Shown: positions 1-9,655 of the stretch, piece by piece
How the letters are laid out: each line of letters begins with the position of its first letter
Position numbering within the stretch: the stretch's first letter is position 1
Notes under the pieces: generated by a model
The model's database searches: none
What the model was told of the DNA's origin: nothing
What the model saw: only the letters and a program-made list of their open reading frames with translations
Assembly: GCA_963662275.1 (NCBI GenBank)
Contig: OY759316.1
Span: 1,792,001 to 1,856,000 of the forward strand
DNA from: Candidatus Cloacimonadales bacterium
GTDB taxonomy: Bacteria; Cloacimonadota; Cloacimonadia; Cloacimonadales; DAONDQ01
Length of the DNA: 64,000 bases
Direction: 5' to 3'
Made by a program: the position numbers and the translations under genes

Positions 1-2
1 GT

Positions 3-188
3 GACCGCAAACGGGTGCATAACCTGAAGTATTTCACTTGGGTGGAACAGCAGGGCAAGACCTTTGAAGAGATCAATGAGCAGTGGGATCCTGAATATTG
101 GCGTGCTCTTCTCGAAGATGAAGTGGCGTACTTCGACACTCTGATCAATGAATTCAATCAGATTGTCTCAGAAATTAAGAATAGATGA
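3..188 (+). CDS. 3' end of a probable PLP-dependent enzyme (beta family) of Mo-hydroxylase accessory clusters; runs off the window
   Basis: Frame 3 reads DRKRVHNLKYFTWVEQQGKT...KNR*; the motif is recalled from this family; MocA- and XdhC-like neighbours fit. Confidence 0.55.
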   Translation, partial: DRKRVHNLKYFTWVEQQGKTFEEINEQWDPEYWRALLEDEVAYFDTLINEFNQIVSEIKNR

Positions 189-193
189 GAATA

Positions 194-817
194 CCGGTAG
201 TGGTATCCTTCAGGTTACCGGTAAATAAGCGTAAGCTAAAGACAGCGCCTACCGACCGGTAGTGGTATCCTTCAGGTTACCGATAAACAAGCGTAAGCTA
301 AAGACAGCGCCCACCGACCGGTAGTGGTATCCTTCAGGTTACCGGTAAATAAGCGTAAGCTGAAGACAGCGCCTACCGACCGGTAGTGTTATCCTTCAGG
401 TTACCGATAAAACAAGCGCAAGCTGAAGACAGCGCCCACCGACCGGTAGTGGTATCCTTCAGGTTACCGATAAACAAGCGCAAGCTGAAGACAGCGCCCA
501 CCGACCGGTAGTGGTATCCTTCAGGTTACCGATAAAACAAGCGTAAGCTAAAGACAGCGCCTACCGACCGGTAGTGTTATCCTTCAGGTTACCGATAAAA
601 CAAGCGCAAGCTGAAGACAGCGCCCACCGACCGGTAGTGGTATCCTTCAGGTTACCGGTAAATAAGCGTAAGCTGAAGACAGCGCCTACCGACCGGTAGT
701 GTTATCCTTCAGGTTACCGATAAAACAAGCGCAAGCTGAAGACAGCGCCCACCGACCGGTAGTGGTATCCTTCAGGTTACCGATAAACAAGCGTAAGCTA
801 AAGACAGCGCCTACCGA
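194..817. repeat. Tandem array of 10 copies of a 62-63 bp GTAG-REP-like unit
   Basis: Unit ccggtagtggtatccttcaggttacc...aagct(a/g)aagacagcgcc(t/c)accga starts at 194, 256, 318, 380, 443, 505, 568, 631, 693, 756. Confidence 0.97.
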
Positions 818-837
818 AACAACAATAAAGGAACAAA

Positions 838-1413
838 ATGAAAAAGCTAAACGTTCTTATCCTCGCTGCAGGCGAAGGCACACGCATTGGAACACCCAAA
901 TGGCGTCTGAAATGGGAGGGTGAACGTTTCATAGATATTCTGTTCAATCACCTGGAAGAAGCGAACCTGGCAGATATCTACACCCTCATGAGTGAAGAGG
1001 AAGCTCCTCAATTCATCAGAAACTATCCCAACAGGAAAGTGCTCATCAATCCCGATCCATCATTGGGCATGATCTCCTCTATCAAGATCGGGGTGGAACA
1101 AACTCCCCCTGCCGATTCCTACTTGATCGTTTTGGTAGATCATCCTTTCGTGAAGACTGCCACGTATGAAACCCTTGTCAATTCCTTCAAAAAATACGCA
1201 GGCTACCTGATCCAACCTGTGGTGAATACCAAGCCCGGACATCCCGTCATCGTTCCTCACCAGGTATTTGACAAAGGCTTCCCGGAAGACCTTGCAAATA
1301 GCAACCTGCATATGATGATCGTAAAGTCGAATATTCCTGTGATGAAGGTGGCGGTGAAGGACGAGGAGATCTTTAGGAACGTTAATGTTCCGGCAGATCT
1401 GAGAAGAGACTAG
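838..1413 (+). CDS. Nucleotidyltransferase family protein (MocA/YgfJ-like Mo cofactor cytidylyltransferase)
   Basis: ILAAGEGTRIG, GMISSI, LVDHPFV, GHPV and terminal NVNVPAD motifs; xdhC-like gene nearby. Confidence 0.8.
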   Translation: MKKLNVLILAAGEGTRIGTPKWRLKWEGERFIDILFNHLEEANLADIYTLMSEEEAPQFIRNYPNRKVLINPDPSLGMISSIKIGVEQTPPADSYLIVLVDHPFVKTATYETLVNSFKKYAGYLIQPVVNTKPGHPVIVPHQVFDKGFPEDLANSNLHMMIVKSNIPVMKVAVKDEEIFRNVNVPADLRRD

Positions 1414-1431
1414 TCTCTTGTCTCTTCTTCC

Positions 1432-2832
1432 CTAGTACAGCCGATAATTCAGATTGATATAAGAACTCAAATTCTCTAGTTGATAAACTGATGAATCTTT
1501 ATTATGAACATGATTTAAAGTACCTGACAATTTACAAGTGAGATCCATCCTGGAGCTAATCTGGTAAGTTGCTCCTAAACTCGTATTAAGATCAAACCTA
1601 GATGCTTCCGAAACAAATCCGTTATTGTACATAGACTTTTTAACTCTAGTCTGAATTTCTTCCATGTTATTAATTTGATATCGAGGTGAAACATTTAATG
1701 CAATTAAGCTACGGCAATCAGGATAACATGAGATTGTACAAGTTGCCTGTAAATCGGTAAACGGCTTCTTATGATCTTGAATAGTATCCACTTCATCATT
1801 ATCAGCAAAGAAATCAAACCAGCCTTGCTTGACACTCATTTCACGGCTAAGCTGGAAAATGTTGTTTAGAGGAAGTTCATCCCTGGCTACTAATTCCATT
1901 CCGCCTTCTGCATGATAGAAGTTATATATATTAGTATCATCCGGTTGATCTACATATTCATAGCGTCGATTATGTTTGTCATTGTAAAATGATAGGAAAG
2001 GTTTAACTTCAAAACGAGTCCCGGTTAAACGAGTTTCATTATTACCTCTTAGCCATAAATCCATCAGGATTGATGTGGCTTTCGTTTCAGAGCTACTGTT
2101 TACGTAATCTTTTGATTTTAAGTCATCTAAGAGCAGTGTTGATTTCCTGACAAAGATTGCTCGAGGATCTATCATGTGAATTGATCTGAGTTGATACAGC
2201 ACTAAAGCCAGTTCATCTATATCCTGGTCAGTGAATTGCCTGCTTAAACAGCCATTTTTTCCTAATTCATTGAAAAAGTACCAGGATAAATATGATTCCT
2301 GGCATTCATATAGCCTGCCATAACCGAATGTGCCTGCTATTTGATTTACAAAGTCCCAATCTCTTTGATGAGAATTATGAGAATTAATGGAATAATAACT
2401 TTCTTGATCGCTATCGTTTTTATTCATCTCACAAGTATTAGTAAATTCAAATCCTGCAAATAAATCATTTTTGTATGATTTGTATTCAATCTTATTATTA
2501 GAGGACAGTTGCTCATTCCATCCCCGATTACTATGATATGAAGAAGAGTGTGGGTAGTCGTTCCTCGAAGTATTATACGATGCTGCCTCGTAAGAGTTTA
2601 TTAATAAATCAAATTTCGGTTTGCTGATATTCAATGACCCATCGATAGAAATCCTGTTATTAAAACTAAAATTATCACGAGAACTCAAAAAATTCTGATA
2701 AGATGTGTTATTATTTAAACGAGGAGTAAGATAATAATCTACCAAGTCTGTGTGTTTAAAATTACCAATATTGTAACCGCATAAAGCTGTATTTAATGCA
2801 CACATGATGATAAGAAACGGGATGTTCTTCAT
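1432..2832 (-). CDS. Hypothetical exported protein, possibly an outer-membrane beta-barrel
   Basis: ATG 2832 with AAGGAG RBS, hydrophobic N-terminus, amphipathic beta-like segments, C-terminal YRLY. Confidence 0.55.
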   Translation of the reverse strand: MKNIPFLIIMCALNTALCGYNIGNFKHTDLVDYYLTPRLNNNTSYQNFLSSRDNFSFNNRISIDGSLNISKPKFDLLINSYEAASYNTSRNDYPHSSSYHSNRGWNEQLSSNNKIEYKSYKNDLFAGFEFTNTCEMNKNDSDQESYYSINSHNSHQRDWDFVNQIAGTFGYGRLYECQESYLSWYFFNELGKNGCLSRQFTDQDIDELALVLYQLRSIHMIDPRAIFVRKSTLLLDDLKSKDYVNSSSETKATSILMDLWLRGNNETRLTGTRFEVKPFLSFYNDKHNRRYEYVDQPDDTNIYNFYHAEGGMELVARDELPLNNIFQLSREMSVKQGWFDFFADNDEVDTIQDHKKPFTDLQATCTISCYPDCRSLIALNVSPRYQINNMEEIQTRVKKSMYNNGFVSEASRFDLNTSLGATYQISSRMDLTCKLSGTLNHVHNKDSSVYQLENLSSYINLNYRLY

Positions 2833-3283
2833 GAATTTCTCCTTAGCATTCAATACTTGGAACTTGTACTATAGATTAACAGATGTACATTAGCAAATTA
2901 ATACATAAGTGTCATCGTTATTCTTATAGTTATTTAAATTGATAATATTTTTTTTCAGACTGTCATTAGTGTCAAGAAAATACAATATGGAATTTGATCC
3001 AGGACAGCAAAGTTTTATCAGTAGCATTACGTGTGTAAATCAGAGAGAATATAATATCAGCTAGTTACTAGAAAAAAATAGACAAATTATACAGGTGTGT
3101 AAAACTACAGTCAGTTTGTCTGATGATGTATAATCTATATGTCGAAGTTTGAAAGAAAGACTTCGCTATGTAGCACCCGTTTCAGAAGAATGGAAAATCC
3201 TGTGTGTTTATCTTCTGTTCTGCAGTCCATCGGACATTACTCTGATAGCCCAGGAATATATTCTTGGTTATGTTGAAAGATAT

Positions 3284-4718
3284 CCGGTAGTGGTATCCTT
3301 CAGGTTACCTTACAAGCGCAAGCTAAAGACAGCGTCCACCGGTAGTGGTATCCTTCAGGTTACCTTACAAGCGCAAGCTAAAGACAGCGTCCACCGGTAG
3401 TGGTATCCTTCAGGTTACCTTACAAGCGCAAGCTAAAGACAGCGCCTACCGGTAGTGGTATCCTTCAGGTTACCTTACAAGCGCAATCTAAAGACAGCGC
3501 CCACCGGTAGTGGTATCCTTCAGGTTACCTTACAAGCGCAAGCTAAAGACAGCGTCCACCGGTAGTGGTATCCTTCAGGTTACCGTACAAGCGCAATCTA
3601 AAGACAGCGCCCACCGGTAGTGGTATCCTTCAGGTTACCTTACAAGCGCAAGCTAAAGACAGCGTCCACCGGTAGTGGTATCCTTCAGGTTACCGTACAA
3701 GCGCAAGCTAAAGACAGCGCCCACCGGTAGTGATATCCTTCAGGTTACCTTACAAGCGCAAGCTAAAGACAGCGCCCACCGGTAGTGGTATCCTTCAGGT
3801 TACCGTACAAGCGCAAGCTAAAGACAGCGTCCACCGGTAGTGGTATCCTTCAGGTTACCTTACAAGCGCAATCTAAAGACAGCGCCCACCGGTAGTGGTA
3901 TCCTTCAGGTTACCTTACAAGCGCAAGCTAAAGACAGCGCCTACCGGTAGTGGTATCCTTCAGGTTACCTTACAAGCGCAAGCTAAAGACAGCGCCTACC
4001 GGTAGTGGTATCCTTCAGGTTACCTTACAAGCGCAAGCTAAAGACAGCGCTTACCGGTAGTGGTATCCTTTAGGTTACCTTACAAGCGCAAGCTAAAGAC
4101 AGCGCCCACCGGTAGTGGTATCCTTCAGGTTACCTTACAAGCGCAAGCTAAAGACAGCGCCCACCGGTAGTGGTATCCTTCAGGTTACCTTACAAGCGCA
4201 AGCTAAAGACAGCGCCTACCGGTAGTGGTATCCTTCAGGTTACCTTACAAGCGCAAGCTAAAGACAGCGCCCACCGGTAGTGGTATCCTTCAGGTTACCT
4301 TACAAGCGCAAGCTAAAGACAGCGCCTACCGGTAGTGGTATCCTTCAGGTTACCTTACAAGCGCAAGCTAAAGACAGCGCTTACCGGTAGTGGTATCCTT
4401 TAGGTTACCGTACAAGCGCAAGCTAAAGACAGCGCCCACCGGTAGTGGTATCCTTCAGGTTACCTTACAAGCGCAAGCTAAAGACAGCGCCTACCGGTAG
4501 TGGTATCCTTCAGGTTACCGTACAAGCGCAAGCTAAAGACAGCGCTTACCGGTAGTGGTATCCTTTAGGTTACCGTACAAGCGCAAGCTAAAGACAGCGC
4601 CCACCGGTAGTGGTATCCTTCAGGTTACCTTACAAGCGCAAGCTAAAGACAGCGCCCACCGGTAGTGGTATCCTTTAGGTTACCGTTAAACATGCGCAAG
4701 CTAAAGACAGCGCCTACC
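3284..4718. repeat. Tandem array of 26 copies of a 55-bp GTAG-REP-like unit (same family as 194-817)
   Basis: ccggtagtggtatccttcaggttaccttacaagcgcaagctaaagacagcg(t/c)(c/t)(c/t)a with exact 55-bp period from 3284 to the last unit at 4659. Confidence 0.97.
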
Positions 4719-4731
4719 AACGGAGTTAATC

Positions 4732-5505
4732 ATGAACATCGCCTTCATCAACGAAATGAAAAAAGTCATAGAAGCCAACACCCCTGCCTGGCTGCTCACC
4801 GTCACAGCTTCTGAAGGCTCCACACCCGGCAAACCGGGTATTAAGATGATCTTAAGAGCTGATGGCACATTCATCGGCACCATCGGTGGCGGTAATATCG
4901 AAAAGATAGCCATGCAGCGTGTTTTGGAAGAAAAGCCGACTTTCCCCCAGAAATGGAATTACGACCTCTCTGGAGAGGAGCTTCTGCTTCCTACAGGCAT
5001 GATTTGTGGCGGTTCACAGGAGATATTTGTGGAACCTCTCTTTGCAGCACAATCCCTCTATATCCTCGGCGGTGGACATTGCGGTATCGCCCTTTCCGAA
5101 CTGGCTGCGAAATGCGGATTCCATGTCACGGTCATCGACGATAGGGAAGAGTGGGCTGCCAAAGAAAAGCATCCCTACGCTGCCAGTGTCGTCTGTATCG
5201 ATTACGAGAGGGCAGGAGATATGGTGCAGGATGGAAGCTATGTCGTCATCATGACTCATGGGCATAAGCACGACGGCATGGTCTTACGCCAATTCCTAAG
5301 GCGTGAAATGAAGTATGTCGGCATGATCGGCAGCAAAACAAAGGTTGCAGCCACCTATGCGAAGATCATGGAAGAATGCTACACCGAAGCTGAACTTGCC
5401 AAAGTCTATGCACCAATAGGCTATCCAATAGGATCTCAAACTCCAGAGGAAATAGCAGTATCTGTTATGGCACAGTTGATAGCAGTCAAATACGGAAAAT
5501 TATAA
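4732..5505 (+). CDS. xdhC: XdhC/CoxI family xanthine dehydrogenase accessory protein
   Basis: GSTPGKPG..GTIGGG, GMICGG, LYILGGGH, VIMTHGH, YVGMIGS, APIGYPIGSQTPEEIAVS motifs. Confidence 0.88.
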   Translation: MNIAFINEMKKVIEANTPAWLLTVTASEGSTPGKPGIKMILRADGTFIGTIGGGNIEKIAMQRVLEEKPTFPQKWNYDLSGEELLLPTGMICGGSQEIFVEPLFAAQSLYILGGGHCGIALSELAAKCGFHVTVIDDREEWAAKEKHPYAASVVCIDYERAGDMVQDGSYVVIMTHGHKHDGMVLRQFLRREMKYVGMIGSKTKVAATYAKIMEECYTEAELAKVYAPIGYPIGSQTPEEIAVSVMAQLIAVKYGKL

Positions 5506-5547
5506 CCACGAAACAGTCGAAAAACACGAAAGCAGAAATATTACAAC

Positions 5548-5641
5548 GTAGGGGTTTGCGGAAGTAAACCCATTCCATAACCAAGATAGTTCCATAACCA
5601 AGATAGACTAAGTAGATGGGTTTACTGCCGCAAACCCCTAC
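5548..5641. repeat. Inverted GTAG-REP pair (REPIN-like) downstream of xdhC
   Basis: gtaggggtttgcggaagtaaacccat ... atgggtttactgccgcaaacccctac; the spacer holds 2x ttccataaccaagatag. Confidence 0.85.
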
Positions 5642-5676
5642 TCTTCAATCTTAAATTCCGACTCTTCTTCTATTCC

Positions 5677-5718
5677 CTGTACGCTGTACGCTGTACGCTG
5701 TACGCTGTTACCTGTAAG
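5677..5718. repeat. Heptamer tandem repeat (ctgtacg)n
   Basis: 4 perfect and 2 degenerate copies; the reverse complement (cgtacag)4 is at 7339-7366. Confidence 0.85.
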
Positions 5719-5999
5719 CTTCTGCAAGATCTTGGAATTCCTAAATGATGAAACTTCCAACCCCATTGAGCTATTGCTTCCGGTAACTCATGATCTTGTC
5801 TGGTATTCTTCATCTTCCTACTCTTCTCTTTTCTGAACTATTCTCTAGTCTCTAGCCTCTTCTGCTAGTTCTTCTCTGCAATCTTACATTATCCTACTCC
5901 ACACAAAGCAAACATAGGATCGGAATGAAATGTCATGAAGATAGTTTTCTTGACATGCAAAAATGGCAATTTATTTTGAAAAAATACATTGGAGGTTTT

Positions 6000-6590
6000 A
6001 TGAAAGCAATGCCATTGGAAAATAAAAGGATGCTGTTATTATACATTCAAATCTATGATATTGAGCCTCCAATCTATCGTAGACTATTGATTCGGAATAG
6101 CGTAACATTCATGAAGTTGCATAATATGATTCAATTGTCATTCGGATGGAAGGATTATCATTTTTTCGCGTTTGATCTGAATGGAATTGAAATCATAATC
6201 CCTGACCCAGATGTTTCTAAACAAAGACAGATAGGTCTTGATCCTCGTACAGTAAGACTCGGAGACTATCTCCAGGAAGTGAATGAAGAATTTACATATA
6301 CCTATGATTTTGGAGATGATTGGATTCATTCCATTAAAGTAGAGCAAATCCTCCCCTTCAATCCGAATCTTAAAGCTCCTATATGCCTGGAAGGGAAAAG
6401 GGCTGCTCCCCCGGAAGATTCGCATGGACCACATTACTATCCTGAAATCCTGAATGCAGTGAAAAAGAAGAAAGGCGAATTGTATGAGTGGATCAAAGAG
6501 ACGAATCAAGGTAGGGACTTCGATCCTGAGGATTTCAGAATTGAGACTGTAAATGGATTAATGAGCACTTCACCATATTCGGACAAATAG
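6000..6590 (+). CDS. Plasmid pRiA4b ORF-3 family protein
   Basis: PPIYRR...LHNMIQLSFGWKDYHFFAF, YTYDFGDDW.H, G.RAAPPED motifs; GGAGG RBS before ATG 6000. Confidence 0.85.
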   Translation: MKAMPLENKRMLLLYIQIYDIEPPIYRRLLIRNSVTFMKLHNMIQLSFGWKDYHFFAFDLNGIEIIIPDPDVSKQRQIGLDPRTVRLGDYLQEVNEEFTYTYDFGDDWIHSIKVEQILPFNPNLKAPICLEGKRAAPPEDSHGPHYYPEILNAVKKKKGELYEWIKETNQGRDFDPEDFRIETVNGLMSTSPYSDK

Positions 6591-6964
6591 CAGAAGGTGA
6601 CAGCGTACAACCGTAGCATAATTTGGTAAATTGTTGTATTCGATAATGGTATTGTCGAATTCCGCATAGATCGTGGATTGCCAATCCCCTCGAACAACTG
6701 AGTACCACATTATGTTACACGGGTAAGAGCAAACCGGACTTCACTGCTTAGTAGCTGATATCGAATAATAGTGAAACCCTTTAATGGGTTCGAAGAGTGG
6801 ACGAGTAAAACATGCTGAAGAGACCAGAGCCCTAGCAAATAAATAACTATACATTAATTTAACCTATCTTATACTGACAAAAGACATAGAAGAACTAAAA
6901 ACTAATAAATAATAACTAAAAGTTGCAGACAGAAAAGACCAACGCTACACACAAGGAGGAAGTA

Positions 6965-7330
6965 ATGAAACACGTACTGATTCTACTGGCTATGATGATC
7001 GTTTTATGGGGTTGTGCCCAGAAACCTGTTGATGAAAGCAAATTCCCTGGAACTGCAGAATACATCCAGGCATATGCAAACGAGAATATTAGCCCCGATT
7101 GGTTTGGTAAAAACAAGCCTACGGGCAAAATCGAAGTGACAGAGGTTCAGGTTCTTAAAATATTACCTTCGAAAGATAACGAAAATTCTGCACTCGTGAC
7201 AGTTACGCTGAAAGGGGACGCTACAAACGCAGAAGACGGGACGAGTAAGAAATTCAGTCTCAGGAAAGATTTCAACGTTACACAGAATGCAAACGGGTAT
7301 TCCGTGAGATCACTGAGCGCTGTGAATTGA
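6965..7330 (+). CDS. Lipoprotein, paralog of 24565-24951
   Basis: GGAGGA RBS; lipobox LWGC; alignable with the second copy. Confidence 0.8.
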   Translation: MKHVLILLAMMIVLWGCAQKPVDESKFPGTAEYIQAYANENISPDWFGKNKPTGKIEVTEVQVLKILPSKDNENSALVTVTLKGDATNAEDGTSKKFSLRKDFNVTQNANGYSVRSLSAVN

Positions 7331-7571
7331 GGCAGAAGCGTACAGCGTACAGCGTACAGCGTACAGGGCAGAGGTTGCAGAATTTAAGATTGAAGATAGA
7401 AAATTGAAGATTGTGCAGAGAGCAGAGGAGCGCTTCACCCCGTGTGTTTAAATGTTCATTCTTATGAACCGCCAATGAACGAAAAATCTGAATCCAGCCT
7501 CAAAAACACACGGATCACGATGCCACAATCATATGCCAAAATCCACTATGAAACCGCCTATATACTACTAA

Positions 7572-7645
7572 TTTCAATCCTGTATCAATCCTGTTTCAAT
7601 CCTATATCAATCCTGTTTCATTCCTGTTTCGTGAAACAGGAAAGA
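7572..7645. repeat. 11-mer tandem repeat (t(t/a)tcaatcctg) followed by an inverted arm
   Basis: About five 11-bp units, then gtgaaacaggaa. Confidence 0.7.
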
Positions 7646-7838
7646 GATTGGTATGGAATTAGTTTGATATTGGTTTTGACTTGGATAAATATTGGTATCA
7701 TGTATGCTGTATATGAAGTGACGTTGGAGTATGGATAATTGCGGTTAATGGCGAATTGTGGTTGAAGATATGTTGTCCTGCCACAAGAAAACCCGTTGAA
7801 GTGGGTGCTAGTGATAGCAAGAACGAAGTTCTACTCAG

Positions 7839-7915
7839 CAACCGCGTAAATGCGGAGCTACGGGACAACCGGCTAAACCCGGAGCTACAGGACAACCGCG
7901 TGAATGCGGAGCTAC
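7839..7915 (-). repeat. Three tandem 27-bp GTAG-REP copies
   Basis: caaccg...ggagctac x3; a near-identical copy lies at 35378-35400. Confidence 0.8.
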
Positions 7916-7933
7916 GATTTGTAATATTATATT

Positions 7934-9579
7934 CAGGCATCCCCCCGTAATTTTCTTAACAATTAGTTTAGAAGCGTTTATAGTAACAGTCAAACGTTTT
8001 GCCGACTTTGAAAATCTGTTTAACATCACTGGTTGGTCAAAACTCCTAAACAGAAACTAGTGCAATTTGTAATTTACGGTAAACAGAAGAGTTGTGTTTT
8101 CACGGTAAAAGCAAAAAGCAGGTATTTTAATAAAACTTATAAAATTATGTGAGAAAATAAGATAACTATATAGAATGTCCATAATAAAACTGTACAAAAA
8201 AAGTGTCTCCGATCTTTTGTTCAAGCACTAAACCAAACCTAAGAAGGAGACACCCATGATTAATAAGAAGCAAATCAAAACCAGAGAAACCTTGCAAGTA
8301 AAATTGTTACAATTTCTGAATAATTTTAGAGAAACGCAATCTCTACCTGTGTATAAGTTCATACAGGATATCTGCTTAGGGATACTGAAAAGTAAATCTG
8401 TAATTATGCTCCAAATAGCGAAACAGCTAAATGAACCAATCACGGTTAAAAAGCTCTGCGAACGTTTCACCCGACATTTGAATAAGAAGCCCTTAGGAGA
8501 TAAGCTGCAAGCGGAAATAATTAGGCATCAGTGCCAGGGTTTTGATGATGAGACAGGCATCATAGTTGATGAAAGTGATATCGTAAAAACCAAAGCCAAA
8601 AAGATGGAGGGATTGCAGAAGGTGCGTGATGGCAGCACCGGCAGTCATGATCAGCAGGGCTATGCATTGCTGAATATAATTGCCTATCAGGCAGGCAGTA
8701 CAGGCTATGAGATAAAACCCATCAGTTCAGACCTGATAGCCCGAAACATGGAACTGGATAGCGTCTCTCAGATCATGGAAGACCGGCTAGTGGGGATTAT
8801 TCTTGCAAGTGGTAACCGTGGAGTAACTATTTTCGACCGTGGCTTTGACAACCGAAATCTATTCAGCTTTCTGCATGAACATGGACTAAGCTATATCATC
8901 AGATCAACAGGTGAAAGAAGTCTTATCATGGATGGCTGCGAACAGAACTTCATGGCAGTGGCAAAGACAGTGAAACTCGATCATACATTCAATCTGCAAG
9001 AATCAGGACAACAGATAAAATGTGGTTTAACGCGGGTGAAGCTGCGTTTGAATCCTTACCCTGTAAAATACCCTGATACTACAGATGCCTGGCTTATTGT
9101 TGCACAGTTCAGTCCCGATGCTAGTGGCAGACAGGGATATTTCTATTTCATCTGCGACTTTCCGACACAACCTTATCTGACGGAAAATGCTATCATGGAG
9201 AAGGTTTTGCGGATGTATCGCATACGCTGGAAAATCGAAGAGGTCCATCGCCATATCAAGCAGGAATATGGTTGGGAAAAGATACAACTGAAATCATATA
9301 CCCGTCTGAAAAACATGAACCAGCTGCTTCTGCTAGCTATGTGCTACCTGTATTCTCTGAAAAAGTATGCTGGCGTATTTTTAGATGCCTTCCCAAATCT
9401 TATGAAATACTCAAATAAACAGTGGAAGCAGATATATGACTTTGTGTATTATCGTCTGTCAATGCTGATAGAGATGTGTTTTGCCACCGTGACAAGGTAC
9501 AGGCTCAATCCTTTTGCAGGAAAATGGCTGGATAATCAGCAGCTAAAAATACCTGGTTTGAAAAACGGGGGGATGTGAG
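7934..9579 (+). mobile_element. IS4-family insertion sequence, 1646 bp
   Basis: Inverted ends caggcatccccccgt / acggggggatgtgag; 13-bp direct repeat gtaatattatatt at 7921-7933 and 9580-9592. Confidence 0.9.
8256..9578 (+). CDS. IS4-family DDE transposase
   Basis: VDESD, FDRGFD and Y-R-I-R-W-K-I-E-E-V-H-R-H-I-K (YREK) motifs. Confidence 0.88.
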   Translation: MINKKQIKTRETLQVKLLQFLNNFRETQSLPVYKFIQDICLGILKSKSVIMLQIAKQLNEPITVKKLCERFTRHLNKKPLGDKLQAEIIRHQCQGFDDETGIIVDESDIVKTKAKKMEGLQKVRDGSTGSHDQQGYALLNIIAYQAGSTGYEIKPISSDLIARNMELDSVSQIMEDRLVGIILASGNRGVTIFDRGFDNRNLFSFLHEHGLSYIIRSTGERSLIMDGCEQNFMAVAKTVKLDHTFNLQESGQQIKCGLTRVKLRLNPYPVKYPDTTDAWLIVAQFSPDASGRQGYFYFICDFPTQPYLTENAIMEKVLRMYRIRWKIEEVHRHIKQEYGWEKIQLKSYTRLKNMNQLLLLAMCYLYSLKKYAGVFLDAFPNLMKYSNKQWKQIYDFVYYRLSMLIEMCFATVTRYRLNPFAGKWLDNQQLKIPGLKNGGM

Positions 9580-9655
9580 GTAATATTATATTAGATTGAC
9601 AAATTTAGGAACATATAAATTAATCTGCGAATAGTTTAGTGTTTAAGGAGCATCT

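Noticed and set aside
699..923. 74-aa ORF (also 3149-3400)
   Set aside because: Largely translations of the repeat unit; no independent coding evidence
194..4718. CRISPR arrays
   Set aside because: Units repeat end to end with no unique spacers, and no cas genes are visible in the window
7442..8029. Short ORFs 7442-7738, 7698-7940, 7756-7950, 7835-8029
   Set aside because: Made of 11-mer and REP repeats and the IS end
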